In this document: positions 39,592-50,231 of the stretch, piece by piece
Layout: the number at the start of each line of letters is the position of its first letter
How positions within the stretch are numbered: position 1 is the stretch's first letter
Assembly: GCA_019873685.1 (NCBI GenBank)
Contig: JAIOAT010000003.1
Coordinates: forward strand, 1,207-65,206
DNA: 64,000 nucleotides
Direction: 5' to 3'
Origin: Chloroflexota bacterium
GTDB taxonomy: Bacteria; Chloroflexota; Anaerolineae; Aggregatilineales; Ch27
The notes under the pieces: generated by a model
What the model saw: the letters and a program-made list of their open reading frames with translations, nothing else
Told to the model about the DNA's origin: nothing
Databases searched by the model: none
Made by a program: the position numbers and the translations under genes

Positions 39592-39640
39592 TTGACAAGC
39601 GACTCTATTTTACTATATAGTGAACGTAAGCGGTTACGTT
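39592..39640 (+). promoter_or_regulatory. Promoter and LacI-type operator in divergent intergenic region
   Basis: TTGACA 39592-39597, TATAGT 39616-39621; palindrome AACGTAA-GCGG-TTACGTT 39623-39640. Confidence 0.75.
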
Positions 39641-39659
39641 AACTCTGACTTGAGTGGCC

Positions 39660-40679
39660 ATGCCGTCGATTATCCAGCAGATTGCCGAAGCGCTGCACGT
39701 CTCAAGCGCCTCCGTTTCCAGGGCGCTCAACGACAAGCCGGGTGTTGGCCCGGAGTTGCGCCAGCGCATCCTGGAAAAGGCGCGGGAATTGAACTACACG
39801 CCGAGCGTGACCGCGCGCGGCCTGGCCACCGCCCGGACCTTCGCCCTGGGTTTCTTTGTGCGGGAAAAACCCGGCCTGGCCGCACAGACAGACCCCTTCT
39901 ACGGCGAGATTCTGCATGGGGTGGAGCAGGTCTGCGCTCGTTCTGATTACCATGTGGCTATCGCCACCCTCACGGCCGACATTCTCAGCAAGCCAGCGCA
40001 ATTCCGCTTTGTGCGCGAGGGGCGGGTTGACGGCATGATCCTGGCTGGCCCGGATATCCCCGCTGAATTCATCATGGCTATGCTGAATACCGGCCTGCCG
40101 ATTGTGCTGGTCGACAACCGGCTGGATTACCAGCCCGTCAACTGTGTCAACTGCGATGACACTGGCGGCGCGGCCCTGGCTGCCGAGTATCTGCTGAAGC
40201 TCGGTCACCGCCGGATCGGCATCCTGGCCGGGCCGCAGAACTGGCCCAGCAATACCCGTCGCGTTCGTGGCTACCAGCAGGTGTTGGAACGGGCGGGGGT
40301 AGCCGCGCACGTCATCCACATGGATCGAACAACCATCGATTCCGGCGCAGAAGCATACACCCGCCTGACGGAGCAGCACCCGAATATCACCGCCGTTTGC
40401 GCGGTCAATGACTCGATGGCCATTGGCGCCATCCAGGCCGCTCAGGCGGCTGGCCGCCGCGTACCGGATGATCTTTCCGTCATCGGCTTTGACAACATTG
40501 CATGGGCGCGCCTGAACCGCCCCCCGCTTACCACCATCGACGTTCCCAAGCACCAGATCGGCAAGGAAGCTGCCAGCCGGTTGCTGGCCCTGCTTGACGA
40601 TGACAGCCTGATGCCCACCGAGATCTGTGTAGCAGTTAAGCTGGTCGAGCGCGATACCTGCGCCAGACCCGCCGGATAA
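39660..40679 (+). CDS. LacI-family transcriptional regulator
   Basis: IQQIAEALHVSSASVSRALN; VPDDLSVIGFD. Confidence 0.95.
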   Translation: MPSIIQQIAEALHVSSASVSRALNDKPGVGPELRQRILEKARELNYTPSVTARGLATARTFALGFFVREKPGLAAQTDPFYGEILHGVEQVCARSDYHVAIATLTADILSKPAQFRFVREGRVDGMILAGPDIPAEFIMAMLNTGLPIVLVDNRLDYQPVNCVNCDDTGGAALAAEYLLKLGHRRIGILAGPQNWPSNTRRVRGYQQVLERAGVAAHVIHMDRTTIDSGAEAYTRLTEQHPNITAVCAVNDSMAIGAIQAAQAAGRRVPDDLSVIGFDNIAWARLNRPPLTTIDVPKHQIGKEAASRLLALLDDDSLMPTEICVAVKLVERDTCARPAG

Positions 40680-40793
40680 CCAGGCCGTGCTGGCCCGGAG
40701 AAGGAGGTGAGACCCCACACGACACGTCGGATCGCTTTTACGCGCCCTGCCAATACAGGCAGTCAGGATTTACGCTAAAGGAGAGAGAAAAAC

Positions 40794-42056
40794 ATGTCAA
40801 GGAATCGCCTGGTGCTGTTAGCCGTCGCCCTGATGCTGGCGCTGGGCGCACTGCCCTCGCTGGCACAAACCGAGCCGGTGACGATCACGATCTCGACCTG
40901 GGCCGGCGTTGATGAAGCCGCCGAACTGCAGGTCATCCTGGATGAGATCAACGCCAGCCAGAGCGAGTATCAGATCGTCCATTCACCCATCCCCTCGGAC
41001 TACTACACCCAGGTCAAGACACAGATCGCGGGTGGAGTCGGCGCAGACCTGTACTGGATTGACCAGAACAACATGGCCCTGGCCTCGGAAGGCGTCTTCC
41101 TGCCGCTGACCGACTGCCTGGCCGGCGCCGAGCCGGGCACTGCCGGGGACGTCAACGACTACTATCCGGGCATCCTGGCCGTCAACGTCTTTGAAGACGA
41201 AGTCTACGGCCTGCCCTGGATTGCTCAGCCGGTCGTCACCTACTACAACAAGGACCTCTTCGATGCCGCCGGGCTGGATTACCCCACCCCCGATTGGACC
41301 TGGGACGATTTTGTCGCCATGGCCAAGGCGCTGACCCTGGATACCAACGGCGATGGCGAGATCGATCAGTGGGGCTTCACCAACAATGGCTGGCCGCCCC
41401 CCTACATCTTCGTCTGGCAGGCCGGTGGTGAGCTGATCAGCCCCGATTTCACCGAGGCCCCGATCGACAGCCCCGAATTCCTGGAGGGCTTCGAGTTCTA
41501 CCTGAGCACCGCCTATAACCCGGAGATGTCCCCCAGCCGCGAAATCATCGCTGAGCAGGGCTTCGGCGAGATGTTCAAGGCCGGCAAGATCGCCATGTTC
41601 ATGGGCGGCGCTGCGGACGACCTCGACCGCGTTGAGGGCCTGAATGTAGGCGTGGTGCGCGTCCCCGGCCATCCGCGGACCGGCAGCCATGTCACCTTCG
41701 CCTGGAACGCCAGCACCGTTATCTCCGCCAATACTGCCCATCCGGACCTGGCCTGCAAGGCCCTGCTGGCCGTGACCGAGGGCATCCATCACTGGAAGAT
41801 CGTCTCGCCGCGTATCTCGCAGGCCACCGTGGAGCATCTGGTATCCTCGGAGCCGCGCAAGGCTGCCAGCGCCGAAGCGATCGTCGCTGCCGCTCAGGAG
41901 ATGCGCGCGCTGCCTATCTTCGGCAACTACGCTGAGTTTGACTCGATCTTCTGGTCGAAGTTCTGGGGTCCGCTGATCAACAACGAGACCGACCTGACCC
42001 CGGCAGAACTGGCTGCTGAAGTTCGGCCCGAACTGGAAGAAACGTTGCCCGAATAG
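40794..42056 (+). CDS. Sugar ABC transporter solute-binding protein
   Basis: Signal peptide SLA-Q; YGLP, YYNKDLFDAAGL, WTWDDF. Confidence 0.93.
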   Translation: MSRNRLVLLAVALMLALGALPSLAQTEPVTITISTWAGVDEAAELQVILDEINASQSEYQIVHSPIPSDYYTQVKTQIAGGVGADLYWIDQNNMALASEGVFLPLTDCLAGAEPGTAGDVNDYYPGILAVNVFEDEVYGLPWIAQPVVTYYNKDLFDAAGLDYPTPDWTWDDFVAMAKALTLDTNGDGEIDQWGFTNNGWPPPYIFVWQAGGELISPDFTEAPIDSPEFLEGFEFYLSTAYNPEMSPSREIIAEQGFGEMFKAGKIAMFMGGAADDLDRVEGLNVGVVRVPGHPRTGSHVTFAWNASTVISANTAHPDLACKALLAVTEGIHHWKIVSPRISQATVEHLVSSEPRKAASAEAIVAAAQEMRALPIFGNYAEFDSIFWSKFWGPLINNETDLTPAELAAEVRPELEETLPE

Positions 42057-42071
42057 CATTGCCTGCTGTAA

Positions 42072-42099
42072 CGGAGGCCGCCCGGTCGGGCGGCCTCCG
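42072..42099 (+). terminator. Hairpin 3' of SBP gene
   Basis: CGGAGGCCGCCC-GGTC-GGGCGGCCTCCG. Confidence 0.65.
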
Positions 42100-42143
42100 C
42101 CTCTTACAGCTGGCCAGGCCCCGTTCCGGAGGAGGATAGCTCT

Positions 42144-43265
42144 ATGGATCCAGGCCCAATTGCCACCTACTTACCGACACTGGTGCGCTATGCTGGCGTC
42201 GCCATCGGTCTGGTCGTGCTGATGATCATCGTCTACCGCGTGCAGATCGCCCTGGGCGTCAACCGGGAGGCAGCCACCGGTCGGGCGCTGGTCGTGCCCT
42301 GGGTGGTAGGATTTCTGATTTTCAACGTTTTCACCATTGGCGCTTCGCTCTACTTAAGCTTTACCGAATACAACCTCTTTAAGGCCCCGGAGTGGGTTGG
42401 CACGGCCAATTACGAACAGCTTTTCAGCCTCAGCCTGGCCCCGCTGGAATCGCCCGACCAGCGCAGTTCAGACGCCCTGCCCCGCCGCTACGACGAGATC
42501 ATCCGGGTGCAAACAGCCAGCGGCGGCTTTGTGCTGGGCGCCAAAGAGGAGGGATTCTGGCGCGCGATCAAGCTGACGCTGCCCTATGCCTTCCTGAGCG
42601 TACCGCTGGGGTTGGCCGGGGCGCTGGCGGTAGCCCTGCTGCTCAACCAGCATGTACGTTACCTGGGCTTCTGGCGGGTGCTGTACTACATGCCAGCCAT
42701 CCTGCCCGCGGTAGCTACCGCCCTGCTATGGCGGTGGATCTTCTCCCCGAACGGTCTGCTCAACAGCGCCTTCGCGCCGCTTTACGCGCTGGTCAACATC
42801 CCCAGACCTAACTGGTTCTTTGACCCGGCGCTGGCCATGCCTGCCTTCATTATCATCAGCCTGTGGGGAGTCTTCGGCGCCAATTCTGTGATCCTGCTGG
42901 CCGGCCTCAAGGGCATCCCGGCAGAACTGTACGAAGCCGCTGCCATCGACGGGGCGGGCGAATGGAGCAAGTTCCGCCACGTGACCATCCCCATGCTCAG
43001 CCCGGCCCTGTTCTACAACCTGGTCACCTCTACCATTGGCGCGTTGCAGGTCTTTGAAGTCGCGGCTTTCATCCAGACCCCCGATTCGGTCGGCACCTTC
43101 CTTAACTGGCTGATCTACCGGGAGGCGTTTGACCTGCGGCACATGGGACTGGCCTCAGCCATGGCCTGGATCATGCTGCTGATCATCCTGGCCCTCACCG
43201 CCCTGATCTTCCGTTCGTCCGAAGCCTGGGTCTTTTACCAGGGTGCCCGCGAGGAGAAAGCCTGA
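42144..43265 (+). CDS. Carbohydrate ABC transporter permease
   Basis: LYEAAAIDGA; MGLASAMAW. Confidence 0.93.
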   Translation: MDPGPIATYLPTLVRYAGVAIGLVVLMIIVYRVQIALGVNREAATGRALVVPWVVGFLIFNVFTIGASLYLSFTEYNLFKAPEWVGTANYEQLFSLSLAPLESPDQRSSDALPRRYDEIIRVQTASGGFVLGAKEEGFWRAIKLTLPYAFLSVPLGLAGALAVALLLNQHVRYLGFWRVLYYMPAILPAVATALLWRWIFSPNGLLNSAFAPLYALVNIPRPNWFFDPALAMPAFIIISLWGVFGANSVILLAGLKGIPAELYEAAAIDGAGEWSKFRHVTIPMLSPALFYNLVTSTIGALQVFEVAAFIQTPDSVGTFLNWLIYREAFDLRHMGLASAMAWIMLLIILALTALIFRSSEAWVFYQGAREEKA

Positions 43266-44176
43266 TGACTACCACCACCTCTGGCACATCAGCGGTCTGG
43301 TCGGCGCATGGCGCCGGGCGCGGTTATCTCGTGCGGCAGGGCATTGTCTATGGCCTGCTTCTGCTCGGCGCGGCGCTGGTGTTGATTCCCTTCCTGTGGA
43401 TGATCTCCACATCGCTCAAGACGGAAGAGCAGCTCTTCACCGGGCAGGTCAACTTCATCCCCGATCCGGCCGTCCCCGGCAATTACCTGGAAGTCTGGAC
43501 CAAGCTCAATTCGATCAAGCCGGGCATGACCTTTAGCCGGATCATCGGCAACACGCTGTTCATCACCTTCCTGGCCATGTTCGGGGAAATCCTCAGCGCC
43601 TCGATTGTCGCCTATGGCTTCGCCCGCTTCCGCTGGCGGGGGCGCAACGTGCTCTTCGCCATCATGCTCAGCACGGTCATGATTCCGGGGATCATTACCC
43701 GCGTGCCCGCCTTCCTGATCTGGAAGCAGCTGGGGCTGCTGGATACTTACGATCCCATGACCTGGCCGTCACTCTTCGCCTGGGGGCCGCTGTATGTCTT
43801 CCTGATGCGCCAGTTCTACCTGACCGTGCCCCGCGAGATTGAAGAAGCCGCCATCCTGGACGGCGCCAATGTCGCCCAGATTTACTGGTATGTCATGTTG
43901 CCGCTGATCCGCCCCATCCTGCTGGCCATTGCCGTTCTCTCCTTCCAGGGCAACTGGAACAACTTCCAGAGTCCACTGATCTACCTGACCACACCGGAGA
44001 AGTATCCGCTGGCGTTGGCCATGCGCTTCTTTGACCAGTCGCTCTCCAAGGAAGCACCGCAGTGGCAGTACATGATGGCCATGGCGACCATGATGGCCAC
44101 GCCGGTGCTGATCATCTACTTCCTCGCCCAGAAGCAATTCCTGGACGGCATCAACATCGGGGCCGTAAAGGGGTAA
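43265..44176 (+). CDS. Carbohydrate ABC transporter permease
   Basis: [11 protein letters not shown]; C-terminal GAVKG. Confidence 0.93.
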   Translation: MTTTTSGTSAVWSAHGAGRGYLVRQGIVYGLLLLGAALVLIPFLWMISTSLKTEEQLFTGQVNFIPDPAVPGNYLEVWTKLNSIKPGMTFSRIIGNTLFITFLAMFGEILSASIVAYGFARFRWRGRNVLFAIMLSTVMIPGIITRVPAFLIWKQLGLLDTYDPMTWPSLFAWGPLYVFLMRQFYLTVPREIEEAAILDGANVAQIYWYVMLPLIRPILLAIAVLSFQGNWNNFQSPLIYLTTPEKYPLALAMRFFDQSLSKEAPQWQYMMAMATMMATPVLIIYFLAQKQFLDGINIGAVKG

Positions 44177-44179
44177 GCG

Positions 44180-46588
44180 ATGGCGCTGCGAGTACTGTTA
44201 ATCGCCGGGCTGCTGGCAACTCTCTGGCCGGGCGTGGGCCTGGCCCAGGAGGAAACCGATCTGGTCAACCTGGATCACCTGATCTATCTCACCGAGCCGG
44301 TCACGATCGATGGTCGGGAGATGGCTCTGGTGCACATCTACGCTGAGTATCCGGATTACGAGTGGGTTGATGCTGCCGGGGAGGGACTCAGTTGCGTGGA
44401 CGACGTTGCCCGCGCCGCCATTGTCTACCTGTGGCAGTACGAGCGCACCGGCGATCCGGCCCTGCTGGAACTGGCCCGCGCCACGCTGGAATTTGTGCGC
44501 TATATGCAGGCGGAAGACGGGGCCTTTTACAACTTCGTCTACGACCGGCAGGGCACGATCAACAGGCAGGGTAGCACCAGTTACAGGAGCCTGGGCTGGT
44601 GGGCCATGCGCGGCCTGTGGGCGCTGGGGGAAGGTGTGCGCGTCTTCGACCGGGTTGACCCGGCCTACGCTGACGTGCTGGCGGAAGCTTACCGGCGCAC
44701 CGAGGCCGCGCTGGCGGCAACAGTGGGCGACGCCAGTGCAACGATCAACATTCACGGCTTTGAGCTGCCCGCCTGGCTGCCCGGTGGAGAGGCCGACGTC
44801 TCGGCCATTGGTCTGCTGGGCCTGACCGCCTATTATCGCGCCCGTCCCAACCCGGAAACCGCAGCGATCATCACTGCGCTGGCCGATGGGATTGCTGCGT
44901 TGCGTCTGGGCGATCATGCCACCTACCCGTTCGGGATGCACCCGGTGCGGGTCAACGCCCCCGGCTTCTGGCATGACTGGGGCGCGCACATGACCCATGC
45001 CCTGGTCGAGGCCGGGATGGCCCTCAACCGCCAGGATTGGATCGATTCAGCGGCGGCGGAAGCGGATTCGTTCCTGCTTCGCCACCTGACGCTGGAGCGC
45101 TTCCGCAATATCGGCGTAGTGCCCGACCGCCTGGGCCAGATCGCCTACGGGACGAATATGCTCGTCCAGGCGTATATGGCCCTCTACCGCGCCACCGGCG
45201 AACCGCGCTATGCCCGTTACGCCGGACTGGCGGGGAGCTGGTACTTCGGCAACAACATGGCCGGGGTTCCGATGGTCGATCTCGCTACCGGGCGCGTGTT
45301 CGACGGGATCAACGGCCCGGTCGCCTGGCGCGTCAACCGCAACAGCGGCGCGGAATCGACCATCGAGGGCCTGCTGAGCCTGATCGTCCTGGCTGATGAG
45401 CCGCTGGCGGTCGAGATGCTCGGCGCTCGTTCAGCCGGCGGCACGCCAAGTTACCGCCTCCTGGAAGCTGAGGACGGCCAGCGTGTACTGGGCACGCCGG
45501 TGTACTATGCCGCCACGTGGACAGGCGAAGGCTATGTCAGCGCCGGGCGTTACGTTGGTCTGGGCGAAGGCCAGCGGATGCGCCTGCAATTCGAGATTGA
45601 CCAGGCAGGCGATTATCTGCTTTACGCAGCCCACCTGCACCAGGCCGCCAGCAGCACCGCCTTCACCATCCGCCAGACCGATTCGCCGCCGGTCATCGAC
45701 GGCGATCTGGCTGACTGGCCAGATGACGTGCCCACCCTTGAATCCAACACCCAGCGCCAGTTCCTGCGTGGGGCCGGACTGTGGCAGGGGCCGGAGGTCG
45801 ACAGTCATGCCGTGCGGCTGCTCTGGGACGCTGATCGTCTCTATATTGCGGCGACCGTGCGCGATCCGGTGCACGACCAGCCCTACACGCTCAGCACCGC
45901 CTGGCAGGGCGACACCCTGTGGTTCTACGTGACTGCCACCCCGGACGCCCGCACGCTTTCCGCCAAATTCACCCTGGCCCAGACTCCGGACGGCCCGCAG
46001 GTCTGGGACTGGATTCACACGCGCTTCCTGCGCGGCGCGGAGCTGGCCTTCACCCCCCTGGAGGGCGGCTATATCTACGAGGCCAGCGTCCCCTGGGAGT
46101 CGCTGGGCGTCACACCACAGGCCGGCGGGCGCATTGGCTTTGAGGCCGGGCGCGGCATCGGCGGCAATTCTTTTATGGACCTCACCGGGCGCGACCCGGA
46201 TGTGCCCGCTAACCTGCTGGCGCTTGTCCTGGCGACGCCCGACCTGGCCGCCGATAGCCTGGTCGCGCCGGAAGTAGCCCTCCGGGTGCGGCTAGACGAC
46301 GGCGACCCGGTGCTGCTCCCCCAGACCATCTCACCCGACAGCGACTACTTCTGGCTCGATCTCGTCACTGCCGAACCCGTCCGCCTGGAGGCGGGAACGC
46401 ATACCCTGCGCTACGAGTACGCGGGGGAAGGCGGCTCCGCGCAGAATCCAGGACTGGCTAAAGTAGATGCCTTCTACCTGCAGCCGGCCATCCTCCGGCG
46501 GGTGTTTGCCCTGCCGGATGGGCGGCAATTCGAGCTGACCTACAATACATTGACCGGCCAGAGCACACTGGTTGAACTGGCCCCGTGA
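44180..46588 (+). CDS. Secreted putative glycosidase: (alpha/alpha)-toroid domain plus CBM9-like domain
   Basis: Signal peptide GLA-Q; CVDDVARA and NRNSGAESTI motifs; PVIDGDLADW...WDADRLY...EASVPW CBM9-like region. Confidence 0.75.
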   Translation: MALRVLLIAGLLATLWPGVGLAQEETDLVNLDHLIYLTEPVTIDGREMALVHIYAEYPDYEWVDAAGEGLSCVDDVARAAIVYLWQYERTGDPALLELARATLEFVRYMQAEDGAFYNFVYDRQGTINRQGSTSYRSLGWWAMRGLWALGEGVRVFDRVDPAYADVLAEAYRRTEAALAATVGDASATINIHGFELPAWLPGGEADVSAIGLLGLTAYYRARPNPETAAIITALADGIAALRLGDHATYPFGMHPVRVNAPGFWHDWGAHMTHALVEAGMALNRQDWIDSAAAEADSFLLRHLTLERFRNIGVVPDRLGQIAYGTNMLVQAYMALYRATGEPRYARYAGLAGSWYFGNNMAGVPMVDLATGRVFDGINGPVAWRVNRNSGAESTIEGLLSLIVLADEPLAVEMLGARSAGGTPSYRLLEAEDGQRVLGTPVYYAATWTGEGYVSAGRYVGLGEGQRMRLQFEIDQAGDYLLYAAHLHQAASSTAFTIRQTDSPPVIDGDLADWPDDVPTLESNTQRQFLRGAGLWQGPEVDSHAVRLLWDADRLYIAATVRDPVHDQPYTLSTAWQGDTLWFYVTATPDARTLSAKFTLAQTPDGPQVWDWIHTRFLRGAELAFTPLEGGYIYEASVPWESLGVTPQAGGRIGFEAGRGIGGNSFMDLTGRDPDVPANLLALVLATPDLAADSLVAPEVALRVRLDDGDPVLLPQTISPDSDYFWLDLVTAEPVRLEAGTHTLRYEYAGEGGSAQNPGLAKVDAFYLQPAILRRVFALPDGRQFELTYNTLTGQSTLVELAP

Positions 46589-46618
46589 TCGGCTGATTTG
46601 CACGAAAGAGAGAGCGCT

Positions 46619-47497
46619 ATGCGTCTGACCAGACACCCGCGCAGCCCGCTGCTTTACCCCAACCCGCTTCACCAGTGGGAAGCGCTGAACGTCTTCAACC
46701 CGTCGGTGATCTACCACAATGGCCTGTTTCATATGCATTACCGCGCCCAGGGCGTGGACTTCATCTCGCGCATCGGTTACGCCGTCAGTACCGACGGCCT
46801 GGAATGGAACCGGCTGGAGAAACCGGTGCTGGCCCCACACCAGGGCCGCGATGATTACCGCGGCGTGGAAGACCCCCGCGTCACACCGCTGGACGGCGCG
46901 TTCTACATGACCTACACCGCTTACGGAGCCAACAGCTTCTTCCCCATGATCGCCCGCTCAGAAAACCTGATCACGTGGGAAGATGTCGGTCCGCTGGAGC
47001 GCGCCGAAAACAAAGATCACGTCCTCTTCCCGGAGAAGATCGGGGGCCGCTACGCCATCCTGCACCGCCGCGCCCCGAACATCTGGATCGCTTTCAGCGA
47101 CGATCTGCGCACTTGGACCGATCACCGCGTGATCATGACCCCGCGCCCGGACAACGACTGGGATTCTGTGCGCATCGGCGCGAACGGCGTGCCAATCAAG
47201 ACCGAACACGGCTGGCTGCTCTTTTACCACGGCTATCCCAGCCCGATCGTCTACCGCCAGTCGGTAGCCCTGCTTGACCTGGAAGACCCCTCGCGGGTCA
47301 TTCACCGCCCGCGCGGTTTCATCATGGAACCGCAGGAGACATGGGAAATCCGTGGCGACGTGCCTAACGTGATCTTCAGTTCCGCCGCCCTTGTCGTCGG
47401 CGACGAACTCTACTTCTACTACGGCGGTTCCGACCGGCTGATCGGGCTAGCCACAGCGCCCTTCGCCGAGGTACTGGATTTCGCCAGGAACGGCTAA
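46619..47497 (+). CDS. GH130 mannoside phosphorylase
   Basis: [45 protein letters not shown]. Confidence 0.92.
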   Translation: MRLTRHPRSPLLYPNPLHQWEALNVFNPSVIYHNGLFHMHYRAQGVDFISRIGYAVSTDGLEWNRLEKPVLAPHQGRDDYRGVEDPRVTPLDGAFYMTYTAYGANSFFPMIARSENLITWEDVGPLERAENKDHVLFPEKIGGRYAILHRRAPNIWIAFSDDLRTWTDHRVIMTPRPDNDWDSVRIGANGVPIKTEHGWLLFYHGYPSPIVYRQSVALLDLEDPSRVIHRPRGFIMEPQETWEIRGDVPNVIFSSAALVVGDELYFYYGGSDRLIGLATAPFAEVLDFARNG

Positions 47498-47499
47498 CG

Positions 47500-48552
47500 A
47501 TGGACACCCGTACTGGCGTCGCGCTGGTTGGCGCGGGAGCTTTCGGGCAGTTCTGTCTCAAGACTTTCGCCGCCATGCCGGAAGTGCAGATCGTGGCCGT
47601 GGCCGATATTGACAGCGGGCGGGCGCGGGAACAGGCCGCCCTGTACGGAGCGCGCGCATATGGCAACCTGGCCGACCTGCTGGCCAACGTTGACGTAACG
47701 ATCGTGGCCCTCAACACACCACCGTACCTGCATCATGCGCAGGGACTGGCCACCCTGAGGGCAGGTAAACACCTCTTCTGCGAGAAACCCCTGGCGCTGA
47801 CCGAGGCTGAAGCCGCCGCGTTGATCCGCGCCGCTGACGAGCACGGCGTCCTGCTGACGGTCGATTACGTGATGCGCCACAATCCGTTCTGGGCTGCGGC
47901 AGCAGCCCTGCGCGAATCGGGCGTTCTGGGTGCATTGCGCCACATGGACCTGGCCAATCACGCCGCCGGGCTGGACCTGCCGGACGATCACTGGTTCTGG
48001 GCGCCGGAAAAGAGCGGCGGAATCTGGATCGAACACGGCGTGCACTTCTTCGACGCTTTCGCTTGGGTAGCCGGGCAACCGGGCGAGATCACGGCGTCCC
48101 AGGCCTTCGCCCGGCCCGGCGGTGTGATCGACCGTGTGGAGGCGCTGGCCTGCTATGGCAGGACTGCTGCCCACTTCTACCACGCCTTCGACCAATCTGG
48201 CGCGACAGAGCAAACCACTGTCACGTTGACCTTCGAGCACGGCTATGTGACCCTGCGGGAATGGGTGCCAACATCGCTGGAGTTGCTGACTCCGGTTCCT
48301 CCCGACGGCTGGCAAACGCTTCTGCCGGGCGAGGTCACGCTGGCGCCACAACCTGACGGCCGCTTCCACGCTGTGGCCCGCGCCCCGGAAGGCAAATCCG
48401 CCGTTTACCGCGCCAGCATCCAGGCTGGTCTGCGCAATCTGGTCAGGGCCATCCAGGGTCAGGAGCCATTGCGGGTCACCGGGCAGGAGGGCCTGGACAG
48501 TCTGGCGATGGCCTGCCGGGCGCAGGCGCTGGCTGCCCGGCCAGGGCGCTGA
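47500..48552 (+). CDS. Gfo/Idh/MocA family oxidoreductase
   Basis: GAGAFG, FCEKP, GGIWIEHGVHFFD. Confidence 0.92.
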   Translation: MDTRTGVALVGAGAFGQFCLKTFAAMPEVQIVAVADIDSGRAREQAALYGARAYGNLADLLANVDVTIVALNTPPYLHHAQGLATLRAGKHLFCEKPLALTEAEAAALIRAADEHGVLLTVDYVMRHNPFWAAAAALRESGVLGALRHMDLANHAAGLDLPDDHWFWAPEKSGGIWIEHGVHFFDAFAWVAGQPGEITASQAFARPGGVIDRVEALACYGRTAAHFYHAFDQSGATEQTTVTLTFEHGYVTLREWVPTSLELLTPVPPDGWQTLLPGEVTLAPQPDGRFHAVARAPEGKSAVYRASIQAGLRNLVRAIQGQEPLRVTGQEGLDSLAMACRAQALAARPGR

Positions 48553-48592
48553 CCGTCGGCGCTTTGCCACCGCCAACCGTGTCAATCTCCTC

Positions 48593-48620
48593 AGGCGCTC
48601 ACCGAAAGGGAGCGCCTTTT
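48593..48620 (+). terminator. Rho-independent terminator
   Basis: AGGCGCTC / GAGCGCCT stem followed by TTT. Confidence 0.65.
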
Positions 48621-48782
48621 GCCTGCTGGAGCCTCCTATTTGGGATCGTTGGTCATCCAACTTGAGCTAAAGTGCATGATGTATATCGAAAACGCCCATG
48701 ATAGGATGCTACCAGGCAACCCTGATCGGGTTGCCGTTCGCCACCAGTGCGGTCAGCTCCGCAGGACAAGGAGGCCTCCGGC

Positions 48783-50075
48783 ATGAGCCAACAGGTACCG
48801 TCCGCTACATCCACATCCGTCTCCGCCAATGGTCAATTTAATCCCTTCGCCATGGCTCAGGCCCAGCTCGACGCAGCTGCGGAAATTCTGGGGCTTGACC
48901 CGCAGATTCACGCTCTCCTGCGCGAACCCCTGCGTGAGATGCAGGTCAGTCTGCCCGTGCGCATGGACGATGGGACCGTCCGCGTCTTTAAAGCTTTCCG
49001 TGTTCAATACAACGACGCACGCGGGCCGACGAAAGGCGGGTTACGCTTTCATCCTAACGAAACCATCGATCTGGTTCGCGCCCTGGCCGCTTGGATGACC
49101 TGGAAGTGCGCCGTTGTCGACATCCCGCTGGGGGGCGGCAAGGGCGGGATTGTCTGCAACACGCGGGAGCTTTCCGCCGGGGAGCTGGAGCGCCTCAGCC
49201 GGGCGTACATCCGCCAGATCGGGCGCATCCTGGGGCCGGAGATGGATGTCCCCGCGCCGGATATGTACACCAACCCGCAGATCATGGCCTGGATGGCGGA
49301 CGAATATTCCGTCCTGCAGGGCCATAACGACTTCGGCGTGATCACGGGCAAGCCGCTGGGGCTGGGTGGCTCGAAGGTGCGCGAAGACGCCACCGCGCGC
49401 GGCGGTATGAGCTGCATCCGCGAGGCAGCCCGCCTGCTGGGCATGGACACCAGGGGCAAGACAATGGCCATCCAGGGCTTCGGCAATGCCGGGCAGTATG
49501 CCGCCCTGCTGGGCGAAGAACTGCTGGGGGTGAAGGTGGTGGCCGTCTCCGACTCGAAGGGCGGTATCTACGCGCCAGAGGGCCTGCCAGCCAGCGCCGT
49601 GGTCGCCCACAAGCGGGCCACTGAGTCGGTGCGGGGTTTCCCCGGTGCGCAGCCGATTTCCAACCGGGAGTTGCTTGAACTGGACGTGGATATTCTTGTT
49701 CCTGCCGCGCTGGAGAACCAGATCAACGCTCAGAACGCCCCCAATATCCGCGCCAAGATTTGCGCCGAACTGGCCAACGGGCCAACGACGCCGGAAGCGG
49801 ATGACATCCTGTACAGGAACGGGGTGTATGTGATCCCCGACTTTCTCTGCAACGCCGGCGGTGTCACCGTATCGTACTTTGAGATGGTGCAAAACGCTTA
49901 TAACTACTACTGGAACGCTGAGACGGTCAAGCAGCGGCTGGACGAGAAGATGACAGCGGCCTTCCATGCCGTGCATGAAACCGCCCAGCGGCTAAAAGTG
50001 AACAACCGCATGGCCGCCTACTGTGTGGCTGTCCAGCGGGTAGCGGAGGCCGTTCGCCTGCGCGGGTGGGCGTAA
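48783..50075 (+). CDS. gdhA: Glutamate dehydrogenase (Glu/Leu/Phe/Val family)
   Basis: [46 protein letters not shown]. Confidence 0.95.
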   Translation: MSQQVPSATSTSVSANGQFNPFAMAQAQLDAAAEILGLDPQIHALLREPLREMQVSLPVRMDDGTVRVFKAFRVQYNDARGPTKGGLRFHPNETIDLVRALAAWMTWKCAVVDIPLGGGKGGIVCNTRELSAGELERLSRAYIRQIGRILGPEMDVPAPDMYTNPQIMAWMADEYSVLQGHNDFGVITGKPLGLGGSKVREDATARGGMSCIREAARLLGMDTRGKTMAIQGFGNAGQYAALLGEELLGVKVVAVSDSKGGIYAPEGLPASAVVAHKRATESVRGFPGAQPISNRELLELDVDILVPAALENQINAQNAPNIRAKICAELANGPTTPEADDILYRNGVYVIPDFLCNAGGVTVSYFEMVQNAYNYYWNAETVKQRLDEKMTAAFHAVHETAQRLKVNNRMAAYCVAVQRVAEAVRLRGWA

Positions 50076-50083
50076 GCAGAAAC

Positions 50084-50118
50084 ACAGCGGCATCGGACAC
50101 GCATCCCGATGCCGCTGT
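50084..50118 (+). terminator. Hairpin after gdhA
   Basis: ACAGCGGCATCGG / CCGATGCCGCTGT 13-bp stem. Confidence 0.65.
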
Positions 50119-50231
50119 ACAATGAAGGTCAGAGGTGCGCCTGCGGCGCGCTCTGGAAGCCACTCTCTGCCGCTGATAGCCCGGCGCGCCCCCCTGATCG
50201 TCAGCAGGATCACTGAACAGGAGGCTGTGCG

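Noticed and set aside
4643-44176. Three CUT1 sugar ABC clusters lacking an ATPase gene
   Set aside because: Well known: a shared MsmX/MsiK-type ATPase is encoded elsewhere.
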